Positions 39,946 to 53,480 of a stretch of DNA of 64,000 nucleotides are shown piece by piece. Both the position numbers and the translations under genes were made by a program. The notes below the pieces were generated by a model. It ran no database searches and was not told the DNA's origin. It was given only the letters and a program-made list of their open reading frames with translations. Origin of the DNA: Trichoplax adhaerens (taxonomy: Eukaryota > Animalia > Placozoa); the NCBI RefSeq assembly GCF_000150275.1, contig NW_002060946.1, positions 5,041,454-5,105,453 on the forward strand, given 5' to 3'. The stretch's first letter is position 1. Every line of letters starts with the position of its first letter.

Positions 39946-41659
39946 GTCCATGAATCCTGCTTATAGCGAATGCAATTCTAACTTTCACCCGTAAAAATAG
40001 ACATTGAAGGTTGTATGGGGTATATAAAAAAATTTTTGCCGTGAACATAGGGTAATTAAGAACACTCGTTGCCATCAAGGAAGAGTAAGAATAATTCTTT
40101 CTTCACAGTACATTGATTCAATGAAACAACTTCTACTCAATTCTTTAGGTTGGCCTTTCTTTCAAAATAACGAACATCAACTTTGACCTCCATCTTAATA
40201 AACTATTACCCAAGAATGACCGGAAATACAAAATCTACTTCAGATAATATCCATCTGTACTTAATAGCCATTCATCTTTTATCAATAAAGCCCCGTTTTA
40301 ATTACATTTTACTCTTGTCCATGGATAGCTTGTGACTTGAATTGGTTATTACTGCTTTATGCTAATCTATACTATAGCAGTTTATATTTTAGCCCATGCC
40401 CGTCTTGAACGAATCTTTGTCTTGATTTGGAAGAAATGGAGTAGAAATGATATTAAATCAAAACGCGTTAAATGTTGATACTTTCTAGCAGTTATAACGC
40501 GTTGTCAAAGAATTTAGGGCAAGAGTATTTGAGGACAGTAGTAAATTGAATCCTTATTGAAAGATTTTAACTATAAAACTAAGGAAGAAAGAAAGTTTGA
40601 TGGTTCAATTGATGGTTTTTCTTCTCGTACTGTCTAAAAATTGAAGTTTCTATTCGCTTTGATATACAAGATTACTTCAGATTTTCGTGTTTTCCAGTGT
40701 CTCATTTTGGACAGTTACTTTTCCTTAGACAATACGTACATTTTCGCGTTATAGATCATCATATCTGAAGTATTAGTACCTGTATAGAATCCTTCAAATC
40801 AATGTCTAGGTGCTTTATTGCTATTAATTGATGATAGTTTAAAATTGACAACAATCAATATACTAGCCTTGCAAGCAATCTTCTATTCCTATCAACGACA
40901 ATACTCAATATGACAATAACACTTAGAGCTTGTGATCTCTCCCTTTCTACTAAAGCTTTGCTTAAACTGGAGGTTTAGAATCCATTTATTCTTTCGTCTA
41001 GATTATCAACAATAATTTATGCCCTCATGGTTAAACTATCACTACACTACACTTTCTAGTAAAAGTGATAGTTTACTCAACTATGCCGGCTAAAAGATAA
41101 AAAAAGTGTTCTTAATATAGCAAGCTTCAAAGGAATTGAATAACACCTTTGAAGAGCAAGAATGGGCTATAAATGGGTACAAAATGGACTATCAAGAATC
41201 TCTCTTGATAGGCTACGATTCTTTGCATAGTATTATTAGTTCTACTCTATTGCCATTATTGGGGGGGGGGCGGTAAAAATAGAATAAATAAGCGTAAAGC
41301 CGTTTCGATAACTTCTAGAATTAGTATTTTGCGTAAAGTATTTATGTCTAAGTATAGCGTAAAAGTTCAATTAGTGTGGAATTGTTACGTGGAAAGTGTT
41401 TCAGAATTAGACTAGAAGGTTTAAGAGATAATTAATAAGGAAGTAAAGGTATTTAGGAGGACTCAAACATTATAAATTATCCATTAGTTTCGCAGGATCA
41501 AGCACGATAGAGAAACGACTATTCGCTGGCAATAAAAAAAAAATTTATCCTTCTGGCCTATAAACAGTATTTAGAAATACTCGAACAGTATAAATCGTTC
41601 CTAATCTCTGTAAGATAAAAGCACGATAAAGTGTGTAGAATATCAACTGGACACAAAAG

Positions 41660-41900
41660 CAATAAAGTATCCAGACTAAAGAATATCCGCTAGAAATAGG
41701 AAAAGTATTTACCCTTCTAGCGTATAGACAGTCTATTTTATCCAAAGTGAACAAAAGTATTGAGGATGGCTTTAATGCTATAAGTTATCCATAATCTCTA
41801 AACGATAAAAGGATATCCGCTAGAAATGGAAGAGTACTTCTCCTACTGGCGTAGAAATAGTCTATTCTATCCCAAGTGGACAGTAGATGAGAAATGGGAT
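41660..41900. repeat. Tandem duplication, 130-bp unit, 2 copies
   Basis: ATATCCGCTAGAAAT at 41683 and 41813, with collinear downstream similarity. Confidence 0.8.
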
Positions 41901-43839
41901 GAGCTGAATTTTTTTCCAAATCTATGATCATTTCCTTTCAAGAAGGAATCAAGTATACGGAAATTATTTTCTAGATTGATTTTATTCTTGCAATGGAATA
42001 ATTAGATATATGATAGGTGATTCTAAACTATAGTACTGTAGTCACTTAATTGCTGCTATTATTATAATAGGCTAGCAAATTCATATGGAAATTCTCTATT
42101 TCTCAATTTTAACTTCATTATTCCAAAAGTGAAATCCATTCTTTCTTTGGATGTTTATTCTTACTTTTTACGTAGTTATATCATTGTAAGTAATGATATT
42201 CCACTATAACTACTGTAATTAAATAATATGGCAGATATAAAAACTAGTAGAGGCTCTTATCCAATTTTAAGGGCTGATTTATACGTGCGTATGCTATATC
42301 AAATCGCGGTCAAAATTTAGATTTCTTCCCTATTCATGCTGTATCAACAGAGGCGCAAAGATGGTTAGCTACTTTACCCCCATTACTGTAAGCAAATACC
42401 GTTGATCTTTTTTTCCTTTTGCATCGATTTAGTTTAGTCATTATTCTAGTTGGCTGAATTACCTTTGGTATCGAAGGAATCGATCGCTCTCATCGACGGG
42501 TAAGAATCCGTTTTGAACGCTATTAGTATACTATATCTTTGAATATCGGCTGGATTATGGTAATTAATCTATATTCCTCATTGTTGAAAGGATATTGACA
42601 TCTTGTTGACTATTATCCATATTTGAAGTAATTAATTTATATCATCGATAGTCTTAATGACAACGGATATTGTCTTGGATATCAATACCACAGTGATGAC
42701 AAGGATAGAAATGAATTTGTTTATTTCTACCCCGTCTATCGAAAGGCTCTATAAAAGGATTGCAATCCATCTATGGGCAAATCACTAAAATGAACTAGGC
42801 TAGGGCTCATTTATGATTTTAATATCGATTGGTTTGGCGAACAGGAACCAGCCGTTTACTTTAATGATTATAAGCCGATATGAGTCAAAGTGATCGCAGC
42901 TTTATATTAATAGGATAATCAACAAGAGAAAAGAACTATGGATAGACATTAACAAAATAAGGTCAAGATTTTTTCTATTTTTAATTAGAGCATTCATTGA
43001 ATATAAAATTCAAATTAAAAAAGAATAATGAGATGATATCATGATAGCTGTGGCTGTTTTTTATTCTGATAAAACATCACGTTGTCAACGGTTTATTCCA
43101 TGTTCATTAATAGAATATGGGCACACAAATAATTGGACTATGTTTCCTTCGTTCATAATGAAATTTACTCTTCTAGGGTTATGATCGATTTCATAAACTA
43201 TATGATTTGTGGAGACAATGATTGATGTAAAATTATTGTAGTGGTCTTGACGGCTGTTGGCTCTTTCAATGCCGTTCTAAACTACTAAAAATGTCCTAGC
43301 ACATAATGTTACTAATGAGGTGAAAACAAGTATTGATCCAAAGACTCCGTTTGAATAGATGGTTTGATGAGAATTACAAGTTTGGAATGATCAATCCAAT
43401 TAAAGAATAGTCGATTACACATCGACCGATTTACTCATTATCAAATGCCTTCTTTTCCAATGAATATACTGTATAATGTATACTGTATATTATTCTACAT
43501 CGATACTCAAGCGTATCCTCAAATCTTTTCGTCTACAAAAGGAGAAAAATAGACTCCTTTAATATAGTAAGAATAATTCATAGACTATAGAGTAGAATAG
43601 GATACCAAGAGAATCAAGTCAGAAAATGGAGCTGTACCCTAGGATAAGGAAAGACAAGAAGAACGAGACGACTTGTAAACTTGCTCTAGCGTGCCAGAAG
43701 AGGGTGATAAGTTAAACAAGGATTTTATTCATGCTTTATGAATAGTGTTGATCATTTTAAGAACATTTATAAATACAACATGAAAAGAAATTGGAGGATA
43801 TTCTATCACTTGTTCTACTTGGGAATGATGGAAGCCCGT

Positions 43840-44670
43840 CATATTTTATACAGTCACGACCTGAACTCGATTTCAGTAAAGTTTTGGCAACATTGTCAGC
43901 TCAAGGAGACCTTGGGAACTGTTCTAGTTTTAAAATGGCTGAAATTCGGTTCTAATTCATCCTGTTTGATATCATGGCAATCTTGACTCTATCAGACTAA
44001 AATTTCAGCAACATTGTCTATTGATGGTAGGGATTCGTAACCTTTATTCAAGTCCAAAAATGATTGAATATTGGTTTCGATTCGCCCTGTTGGCTATTAT
44101 GATAGTTTTGACTTAATTAGAGTAGAGTTATAGCAGTAATGTGTGTTAGTGGGGACTCTGCGAAATTTTGTTCTAGTTTAAAGCTGATTGAAAATGGGTT
44201 CTGATTCGTCCTGTTGGATATCATGATGAGATATCTCAACGCTATTACAAGTAGGATTTTAGCAATATTGTATGATAATGAGGACCTTGTGAACTTTTAT
44301 TCTATTTTAAAAGTCCTTCAAATTGGTTTTAATTCGTCTAACTGGATAACATGACTATCTTAACTCTAGCAGAGCAAAATTTGGCAACATTGTATGTTAG
44401 TAGGGGACCTTACAAACTTTTATTCTAGTTTAAAAGTCATTTAAAATTGATTCTAATTTGTCTATTTTTGACATCATGCCCAAATCAACTCTAATAGAGT
44501 AAAATTTCAGTAAGATTGCGTGCTGATCGAGTAGAAATGGAAGCAACATGGTGAGTTAGTGGAGACCGCTAGAAGTCATTAAAAATTGGCTCTGATTCGT
44601 TGCATTAAACATAATAACAATCTTAACCCTATTACGGTAAATTGGAAGCAACATTGTGAGTTCTTGCTAA
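43840..44670. repeat. Degenerate tandem array, ~122-127-bp unit, ~6-7 copies
   Basis: GCAACATTGT-like anchor near 43887, 44008, 44262, 44384 and 44648; TTCTAGTTT and GGTTCT.ATTC.TC recur at the same period. Confidence 0.85.
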
Positions 44671-44744
44671 CTCTATAATCTTTATTTCTCACTCAAATAA
44701 ATCAATATTCCAGATTTTGTAGCTCTATCCTTCTATAGTATGTA

Positions 44745-45140
44745 GTTCTACCTCGTAGGATTACATCACAAATGCAGTAAAATTCGATGCAATACTACTG
44801 GGTTAAAAATTGAAATGGATTACAAAATAACATGAAACTGATCTCTCCTTCTCGATCGTTATACCTTATCCTTTTTCATTTCAAATCCTGTAGAATTCGA
44901 TACAGTATGATTAGGTTAAGAATTTAAATGGATTATGAAATAAACATGAAACTGATCTATCCTTCTTGATCGTTCTACCCCAGTATTTTTTATGATAAAT
45001 CCTATGGAATTTGATACAGCACTATGTGAATCCAGGTGGATTATACAGTGGAAATAACATGAAAGTGATCTTTACTTCTTGATGTTACACCTTGTCATTT
45101 TATATCGTATACCCGGTAGAATTCGATGCAGAGCTATTGG
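44745..45140. repeat. Degenerate tandem array, ~113-bp unit, ~3.5 copies
   Basis: AATT(C/T)GAT near 44781, 44894, 45008 and 45120; AACATGAAA.TGATCT occurs three times. Confidence 0.85.
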
Positions 45141-46479
45141 GTAGGAATTTTGATTGATCAATGTCTACAGATATCAAAAAGAATCTTTTAAAGTGGAAAT
45201 CTGTTGTCTTGATTTCCGTTAAAGTAATCCATTCTATATTCTATCTCTGTGTAGAGAGGATATAATATCATGTGATTGTGGCAGATTCATTGGGATAAAT
45301 TGCGACTGAAATAGAGAAGCTCCACTAGGAATCAATAGCTATAAAGCGAAAGCTACAAACTGAATTGTTATTTAAACAGAATTCGAACAAACTACTTTCG
45401 AAATGAAAGGAAGGCTTCATGATGAAAAATCATTTGTGCATTTAGTCATGATTTAGTTTCTCTTCCGTCTAAGGATATCGATGATATGAAAATAGTCAAT
45501 TGATCTGATGCCATAAAGCTATTAAGTTATTCAGGGCTTAAGAAGAAGATGGAAGGCAGCAAAATCAAGAAATATCTAGCAATGGATAGGATACTGAAAA
45601 GAAAGGAAATAGATCCTATTGCCGGCGAAGAAAGGATACAAGGCTTTTGGGAGTTAGGACTGAAATGAGGTGAGATTCTGTCGCAAGAAGAAGAAGAGGA
45701 TGGCCCTCTATTTTTATTTTATACCATAAACGGATTCATCCCAACTATACCAAAGAGATTATACGAGAGATATGATGGAGTCAAAACTGATGGGATAGAC
45801 AGAAATCAAGATCCTCAAGCAGTCAAGGAGCGAATTGGCTTATAAAATAGTATAAGTTTGCATTTTATACTTTTAAAATGAGGCATTCTATTCCCTGTAA
45901 AGCGATGGAGGGGATCGTTCAATAAAGGACCAATCGAATCAATCCCCAAGGGAATATTAAGCCGGTAAGAAGGTTCAAGATATAATCTTATTCCATTACC
46001 GATGTTTGAGTTATTTTCCTATTTTGATCTTGAACTCGATCATATCTTGCTTTAATAGATCGATTCGATAGAAATAAATGACTGCCAAGAGTTGATCCCA
46101 TCGGCAAGATAATAAAATAGCTCAATTTTGACCTCTTTGATTATCATATTATTTGATATTGATAGTAGTGAAAAAGAATTCTAACAACATTCAGAAATGA
46201 ACTGAATAACTAGACAAAATAAGGGAATTTAAAGGCAAAATTCTATCCAGGGGAGGATAAAAGAAAGAATGGAATCGTTACGATAACATGATATTCCATC
46301 AATAATAGGATAAAAATGTTAATTGACATGGGTAGTAGAAACAAATAACGGAAAAAGAGTTAAATTATCAAGTTAATTATCGTTGCTTCCACCGGGTAGA
46401 TTGCATTGACTATGGAGGATAAAAGGGAGAGAGAAAGAGAAAATGATAGATTTAGTAAGTGTATTGGAGAAATGATGCA

Positions 46480-47560
46480 TGGATCATGATTAAAGTAAAA
46501 CTGGAAATGGAATTAGAGTAATCATCGTTATTGTTTCATTTCCGAATAGAAATCGTATAGGCTCTAATTGGGTTATTGGTCCATTTCTACTTGTTGAGAA
46601 AGAGTTCAGCTTCATCGAAACCGCCATCAACAGCTGATGAGAGAAAAATAAAGTAAACGACTTCTAGTTCTAGGATGTAGATGATGTCAAAATTACAAAT
46701 AAAGTGATTTCAGTCATTGTTGCCGACCATTTGCCAAATTAATTGGTGTAAGACTTTATTGAGTTGTTGATCGATTACTACTGTAATTGTTGAGAAAGGA
46801 TTAAACTCCATCTAGAACGCCATCAACAGCTCATGAGTCAAAATAAAGTAGCGGACTCGATTGGAGAAAGCATCAATAGGGTGATGATATTCAATTAGAA
46901 ATGGAGCGATTTTAGCGATCGTTATCGATTATTTTCTCCATTAAAATCATATAAGAGTCAATAATTGATTTCTACTTGTTGAGAAAGAAACAAATTCTAT
47001 CTATGGCCGCTATAAGAACTTACTAAGAGAAAATTAAGTATCGAAATTTTCTAGAAGAAATTAAGTCAAGTTAGACATGGAGCGATCGTTATCGATCATT
47101 TTCTATACTCCAATCCCAGAGAGCTTTAACAAGTCAATTTCTACTTGTTAAGAAGGTGTTTATCTCTACCGCCATAAACAGCTTCGTTAGGGAAATGAGA
47201 ACTCATCATGGCTTATTAGAAATAAGAAATAAGACTGCTTCTAGAATGAACATTTATCTAAGCCGCTACCAATAGCTTAATAAGAGAAAATAGAACTAGT
47301 CGTTAGTAACGAGCAATAAGACTACTGGAGGAAACATCGATTTATATTGTCATCAGCAGCTTAATGAATTATAAACGAAAATAGAATCGGTCATGGTTCA
47401 TTCGAAACAAGGCATTCAATTACTGGAAGAAATATCGATTTATACCGCCATCAACAACTTAGGAAGGGAAAATAGAATCAATCATGCTTCCTTAGAAACA
47501 GGAAACAAAACTACTGGAGGAATCATCGATCTATACCGCCATCAACAGCTTAGCAAGTGA
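46480..47560. repeat. Degenerate tandem array whose period drops from ~190 to ~90 bp
   Basis: CCGCCATCAACAGCT-like anchor near 46621, 46818, 47007, 47169, 47261, 47347, 47445 and 47536. Confidence 0.8.
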
Positions 47561-49369
47561 AAAGAACGTACGACAGTCATAATAAAGTAAAAGATTTACT
47601 CTGGGGCTTGCTGATGATGGAAAAGATATTGGCCATCATGGATCAAAATAAAGTGGTTGGAAGAGACAAAAAGGGATGAAGAAATAGTTTACAAACTGCT
47701 GTAGAGTTTCAATCGGAGTGACAAGTGTAGGATAGATTGTCGATAATCCAAGAATGAAAAACGATAGAATAGAGTGTAAACAGATCAAGTGGGGCCTTAT
47801 TGAACATGATGGGTCATGAAGTGAAAGATGGACGGAGACGAGAATAAAATGATACTTGCTTTTGAATGTTCATTTTTAATGACAATATATTGAAAAGGCG
47901 ATGATGAAAATTCAATTGCGGACAAATAAAAACTAGATGATGGCTTTAAACTTATTGATCTTGATTTGATTGTGACGACAGTAAATGAAGATGTAAAATG
48001 GAAATTTATAACTCATTTATAATATTCTTTTAAACCATCATAATATAATATTACAAAGCTAGAGTGAGATGATAGTCAATAATGAAATGCTCGACAAATA
48101 TGAAGTTACAATATAGGACAACTCATATTATCCATGAAAAATAAATAAAACTACTCCGTAACAACTTATTAACCGCTAACTGTTGAAAAGGCGATGAGAG
48201 AAGAAATGAAAGTGTTTGTTAAAACGCTATTGGATCAAGTTGATTTGTATCACTATCCTTCATATCCCTTTATCCATATGACAGCGTCATGAGCATATCT
48301 CAAGAAGAAGAAGATAATCATGTCGAATAAAGTGCTCGTTAGAAATAAAAATCAAACGTAAAACTATCTTCTCGTCAGAACGAGCGAGCAGTAGGGGGAA
48401 AAATGGCATAAGCAATGGATTGGAAAATAACTCCAGTCAAAGTAGAAAGAGAAAGCAATACAAAGACAAATTGTTGATTAACGATGATTTTCATTTTTAG
48501 TTTAGTATCTTAATTAATTAGATCATGGCGACAAGGGCTTTTCACCTTGAATCATGGCTTACTTAGATGGATAGAGCTGAATGAAATTGATCTTATACCC
48601 TTAATTAGAAATCGATTGAACAACATACCTGATGGAGAGGATAGCCTATTCAACGGAGAGTATGGCGGAAAGAAGAGGGGGCAAAAAAATATGGCCTAAA
48701 GTAGTCGAATTGATGAATCCAATCCAATACAGCAAAAGACAAGCCAAGAAAGAATAAGGAGAATAGTTGAAAAAGTTGAAATCCAAAATGGACTTTTGGC
48801 TTTAATAAGGGTCAACGAATTTCAATCGGCTAACTCGATTGAATTGGTCCTTAATCCACGATTTTAATGGACTAATTTAGAAAGCGAGTAGAAGCCAAGT
48901 TGGTCAATCAGGAAGAGAAATGGGGGGGAAAAAAAACTATTTTACGAACTGGCAATCAACTAAAGGGAAAGCCAATCCAAAAAGGAAATGGAAAAGACAA
49001 AATCAACGAGTGCAAAAAAACAGGCTGAATGTGTCAAGAGTGAAAGAGGAAATCAAATTGAATTGATGAGCGATGAAACAGTAGTCTATGGGCTCCCCAA
49101 AATGGCAGGTGCAAGCATAGAAATTGATTGAAGTCTAAATTAGACAATATTACAGGTGGCATCTGTTGCTATTGATAACAAAAAGAAAAGTTCAATAAAA
49201 AAGAATAATATTTCATCAATAGCTATTTTAAGTTAGTGGGATTAAAACAATACTAAATATTTGATTATTGTTAGAGGATGACTAAGTGGAGAAAAAATAA
49301 GGTTACACACAAAACAGAAAGACATCAATGGCTTTGATCAGCATAATTATGATTAACACATAGTCTAAT

Positions 49370-50170
49370 AGACAAATGGCTATCGTTGAAATGATAGTTA
49401 TTGACCATGGCTATCATTCAGTCACAATATCAAAATAAACACCAGTAGATCCATCATCGTTGATAATTCAATGGTAGCAAGATGAAAGTGGAGAGAAACG
49501 CTATCCTTGCCACTTGCATCGATAGATCACCTTCGTGCTTTTTCTACTTTAGATCGATCCATGGTTATCGTTGAAATCATGGCTATTGACTAGGTCGATC
49601 GTCCAGTTACAATATCAACACAAACATCATTAGATCCATCGTCGTTGATCATGACAGTAAGATGAGAGAAATACTTACCTCTTGAGTCTATCAATCATCA
49701 TTGGCTTTCTCCTTTTGGCCTGGTGGATAGCCATGTTTTCCAATTTCGTTTATCGTCTTTTTATCCGCTTGTTGTAACCATGGTTATTGACTAGATCGAT
49801 TATCCAGTCATCAAATCAAAAGAAATGCCTTTAAATCCGTCGTCGTTGATCATGACAGTAAGATGAGAGAAATACTTACTTCTTGAGTCTATCAATCATC
49901 ATTGGCTTTCTCCTTTTGGCCTGGTGGATAGCCATGCTTTCCAATTTCGTTCATCGTCCTTTTATCCACTTGTTGTAATCATGGTTATTGACTAGGTCGA
50001 TTATCTAGTCACCAAATCAAAATAAGCACCAGCGGATCCATCGTCCTTGATCATGCTAGCTAGGTGAGAGAAATGCTATTCTTACACACTCGGGTTCATC
50101 AATCGCCTTTGGCTATCTAGTTTTGGCCTGCTTAGATAGTCATACTTTTCAATCTCGTTTATCGCCTTTT
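49370..50170. repeat. Tandem array, ~185-201-bp unit, 4 copies
   Basis: ATCC.TC.TC.TTGAT near 49449, 49634, 49835 and 50036. The two central copies are nearly identical (e.g. CTTGAGTCTATCAATCATCATTGGCTTTCTCCTTTTGGCCTGGTGGATAGCCATG). Confidence 0.9.
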
Positions 50171-50574
50171 TACCCCCTTGAAGAGGGCTAACGCATGGTA
50201 ACATGAAGAAGGTAGGAAAAAGGTAATCACCGGAAGAGAATTGGGGTAGATCGGATTTGTAACCACATCTTTGCTCAACTTTCTTTATTCTAAATGGATA
50301 TGAACTGCATGATTTCGTTAGCCAAGTCAATGAATGGAATATTAAGTGAACAAGGCGGCAAAGCATGACAAAATACTTCGACCCATATTATCTTGCTTCT
50401 TTTTTTCTACTTTCTAAATTATAGCCGTCTATATTGGCTACAATAGTGTTCAGTAAAGAAAGCAACAGCTATGAAAATAACGCGGATAGGCATGATCTTC
50501 ATACTTATGTTCTCGTAGATGAAAAAAGCCGATTGCCATAGCACATTTACCTCTTTCTTTTTATCTTGCTCTAT

Positions 50575-51460
50575 TCTAACTTGGACTTACTACGATAGCC
50601 CTTGCATCATGATCGGTTGCGAAGATGAATGGCAAAGTTAAGAAAGTGATAACTAGGAAATCGATTTCTCTCCTTTGGCTTTCCATCGTTTAACTTTGGC
50701 GTACTACGACAGTCTATGGATCATGATCGATTACCCGTATCAACTGTTTTAGTTAAGGGAGCAAAGATGACGATATCGATTTCTCTCCTTTAGCTTTCTA
50801 TATTCGAATGAAGATGGACTACGGTAGTAAATCGATCACTTTTGATTGGAACGATCAACTGTTTCAGTTAAGAAAGCGACAACAACGGCGTTTATAGTCT
50901 AGTTTAGATATCGATTACGGTAGTATATCGATCATAATCGATTGCGAATAGCAACTGTTTTAGTTGAGAAAGCAATGACAAGGATGTCTATATTCTAGTT
51001 TAGATGTGGACTATGGTAGTATATTAATCAATGCTGATTGCGATTAGGAACTATTTCAGTCACGACAACGACGACAAATACGTCTATATTCTTATTTGGA
51101 TGTTGACTACGGTAGTATATTGATCATGATCGATTGGGAATAGGAACTATTTCATTTAAGAAACTATTTCAGCCACGACAACGACGACAAATACGTCTAT
51201 ATTCTTGTTTGGATGTTAACTACGGTAGTATATTGATCATGATCGATTGGAATAAAAACTATTTCATTTAAAAGGAAGCGACCACTAAGGCATCTATTTC
51301 TCTCCGCTAGCTTTCTACAGTATATTCTACTTCCGGCAGATTACGTGCATAGACATTTTAATCTAGATGGGCTAAGGCAATCAATCGATCCATTGCGATT
51401 ATAAACTAATTCAGTCACGAAAACAACGACGATTTAGCTTTCTATATTCTAGTTTTGTTT
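50575..51460. repeat. Degenerate tandem array, ~95-115-bp unit, ~8 copies
   Basis: ACTACGGTAGTA-like anchor near 50590, 50703, 50818, 50915, 51010, 51106 and 51219; GATCATGATCGATT and AACT.TTT.AGT recur. Confidence 0.85.
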
Positions 51461-51669
51461 GTTTTAACTGTCTACATTCTTTTCTAATTAGTGGTAGGCA
51501 GTGAAATCGGCCATTGTTGCTTGGTAGCGCTACCGGTAAGTAGTTAAAAAGTGGCTAATCGGAAAGAAAGCGATCACTCTGTCCTGCTTAGCTAACTACC
51601 CTCTATTTTTTAACTTACAGGTAGGTAGTAGTGAAATGGGTCATGGTTATCTGGTACTATTGTAAATCT

Positions 51670-52160
51670 ACAATTTGGTGAAGTAATTGGAAATGAAATT
51701 TCCAATATGAGATTAAAATCGATCTGATGAGAATAATGGCATGATAAATACCATGAAATGGATCAATTTCATTCTCTTTGCAGCCTGTGTGGCAAAGAAA
51801 TGGTGGCGAAGGAACAATTCAATTGGGTAAAGCAATTGGAGATGAAATTTCCCTGATGAAATCAAAAATGGATCGGGTGAGAAGAGTTATACGTTAAATA
51901 CGAGGGAATAGATCGATTTCATACTCATGGCCAAAATGGTTGTTATAAGATATCAACCAGTCATAGAACGATTAAAATGGATGAAGCAATTAGAGATGAT
52001 ATTTCCTTAGTGAGACTAAAGCCTAACAGGCTAGAAAAATGATACCGTCAATATGAGGAAATGGATCGATTTTATACTCTCCGTGGTCAAGAATAGTCGT
52101 CGTAGAACGATTAAATTGGGCAAAGTAAATAGAAACGCTAGTTTTCATGACGAGATCAAA
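51670..52160. repeat. Degenerate tandem array, ~140-155-bp unit, ~3.5 copies
   Basis: AATT(G/A)GA(A/G)ATGA(A/T)ATTTCC at 51686, 51834 and 51989; AAT(G/A)GATC(A/G)ATTT occurs three times. Confidence 0.8.
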
Positions 52161-53239
52161 GTCTACACTATCGTCACTGCGTTGATTTACTTTTTTTTAT
52201 TCAAGATTTAAGTAAGACAATCCACAAAGTAAACAAATAGAATTGTTTTAAAATGTTCGTTGCAGGCTCGATATGAGCAATGATCATTATTTCAAGTTGT
52301 TTTACTCCAGCTGTCGGGCTATAAAGTGTTGAGAAAGAGATTGGATTGAGGGGATGGACAAGTTAGACATAGACTGTAGTTTTATTCAGGCGGAAGATAG
52401 ATTCATATGATCGATTTTGCTACCGGCATATTGCTAGCCATTCGAGTAGATGATAGATTGTAGCTTTCATCCGGACAACGATATATAGGATTATTACGTC
52501 AAGTTTGCGGTCTTCTTGTTGAAGATTGAACTTAGAGAAAAGGGAGAATCCACAGAGATTCTAGATTTCATTTTAAAAGCGGAATACATCAGATTCATGT
52601 ATTAAGTTATCCTAATCGCTCTAGCAGTTGATGGAAATAGTAGAATAAATAGAATCAATACTAGCTGCCGTTTTCATTCAAGTAAGGGGAAAATAGACCT
52701 TAGTATAGTAAATCCACTTGCTAACTGCATGCTGTTGGCAACTATAGTTATAAGGTAATTGAGAGAAAAGCACATCAATGAAAATACCCTTCGACTGAGA
52801 TATTACTACGTTAAGCTATCTTTCTTGATCAAGAATCGAATGAGGAAAGGATGAAATCGAATCGTAGAGTCCGCCCGGATCAATGCTGACCATTTTCATA
52901 GTCTTAACGGATTACTTCTCATGATGGCTTTAAAAATGATATCAAATTTCCCTTACTAGTGAACATAGAAATAGGAGGCAAATAGTAGAAACGAATATTT
53001 CTCTTCCACGAATACGTTAAAAAGTTGATTTCTTCATTGAAATGTCCAATAGTTGATTGGTCCATGGATATCACTACATACATAATCAATCTTTTTAGCT
53101 TGACCTCAGAGGGAAAAGAGGGCTATAACTATAATATTTATTCAATTCATTTTTTCCTTTGCATGACTTAAATGAAGTAGTTTACATAACTTTAATCAAT
53201 CATGGATTTTCTTAATAGAATTTGAGTCGATTTTTGTTA

Positions 53240-53480
53240 TTATGCGATTGGTATAATCTCCATCACGGCCTAGATAGAGAAATCTGCCAGTTAAAATTAT
53301 TTCCACCCTTGCATGAGAACATTTGTATGATTGATATAACCTCCATCATGGTTTAGAGTGAGAAATGTACCAGTTCATAATTATTTCTATCCTAGCATAA
53401 GAAATTCGATGCAATTGATATAATCTCTATCACAATTTAGATAGAGAAATCTGCAAAGTCAAAAATCGTTTTCCGTATAA
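53240..53480. repeat. Degenerate tandem array, ~84-bp unit, 3 copies
   Basis: ATAA.CTC.ATCA....TAGA.(A/T)GAGAAAT near 53253, 53336 and 53420. Confidence 0.85.

Noticed and set aside
49671-49840. U1 snRNA gene (starts ATACTTACCT)
   Set aside because: The match stops after 10 nt, with no U1 stem-loops or Sm site. It is a reverse-strand donor consensus inside a repeat.
50575-51460. Common origin of this array and the 106-bp promoter array (shared ACTACGG, TGATCA)
   Set aside because: Only 6-7-nt words are shared; no collinear alignment by eye.
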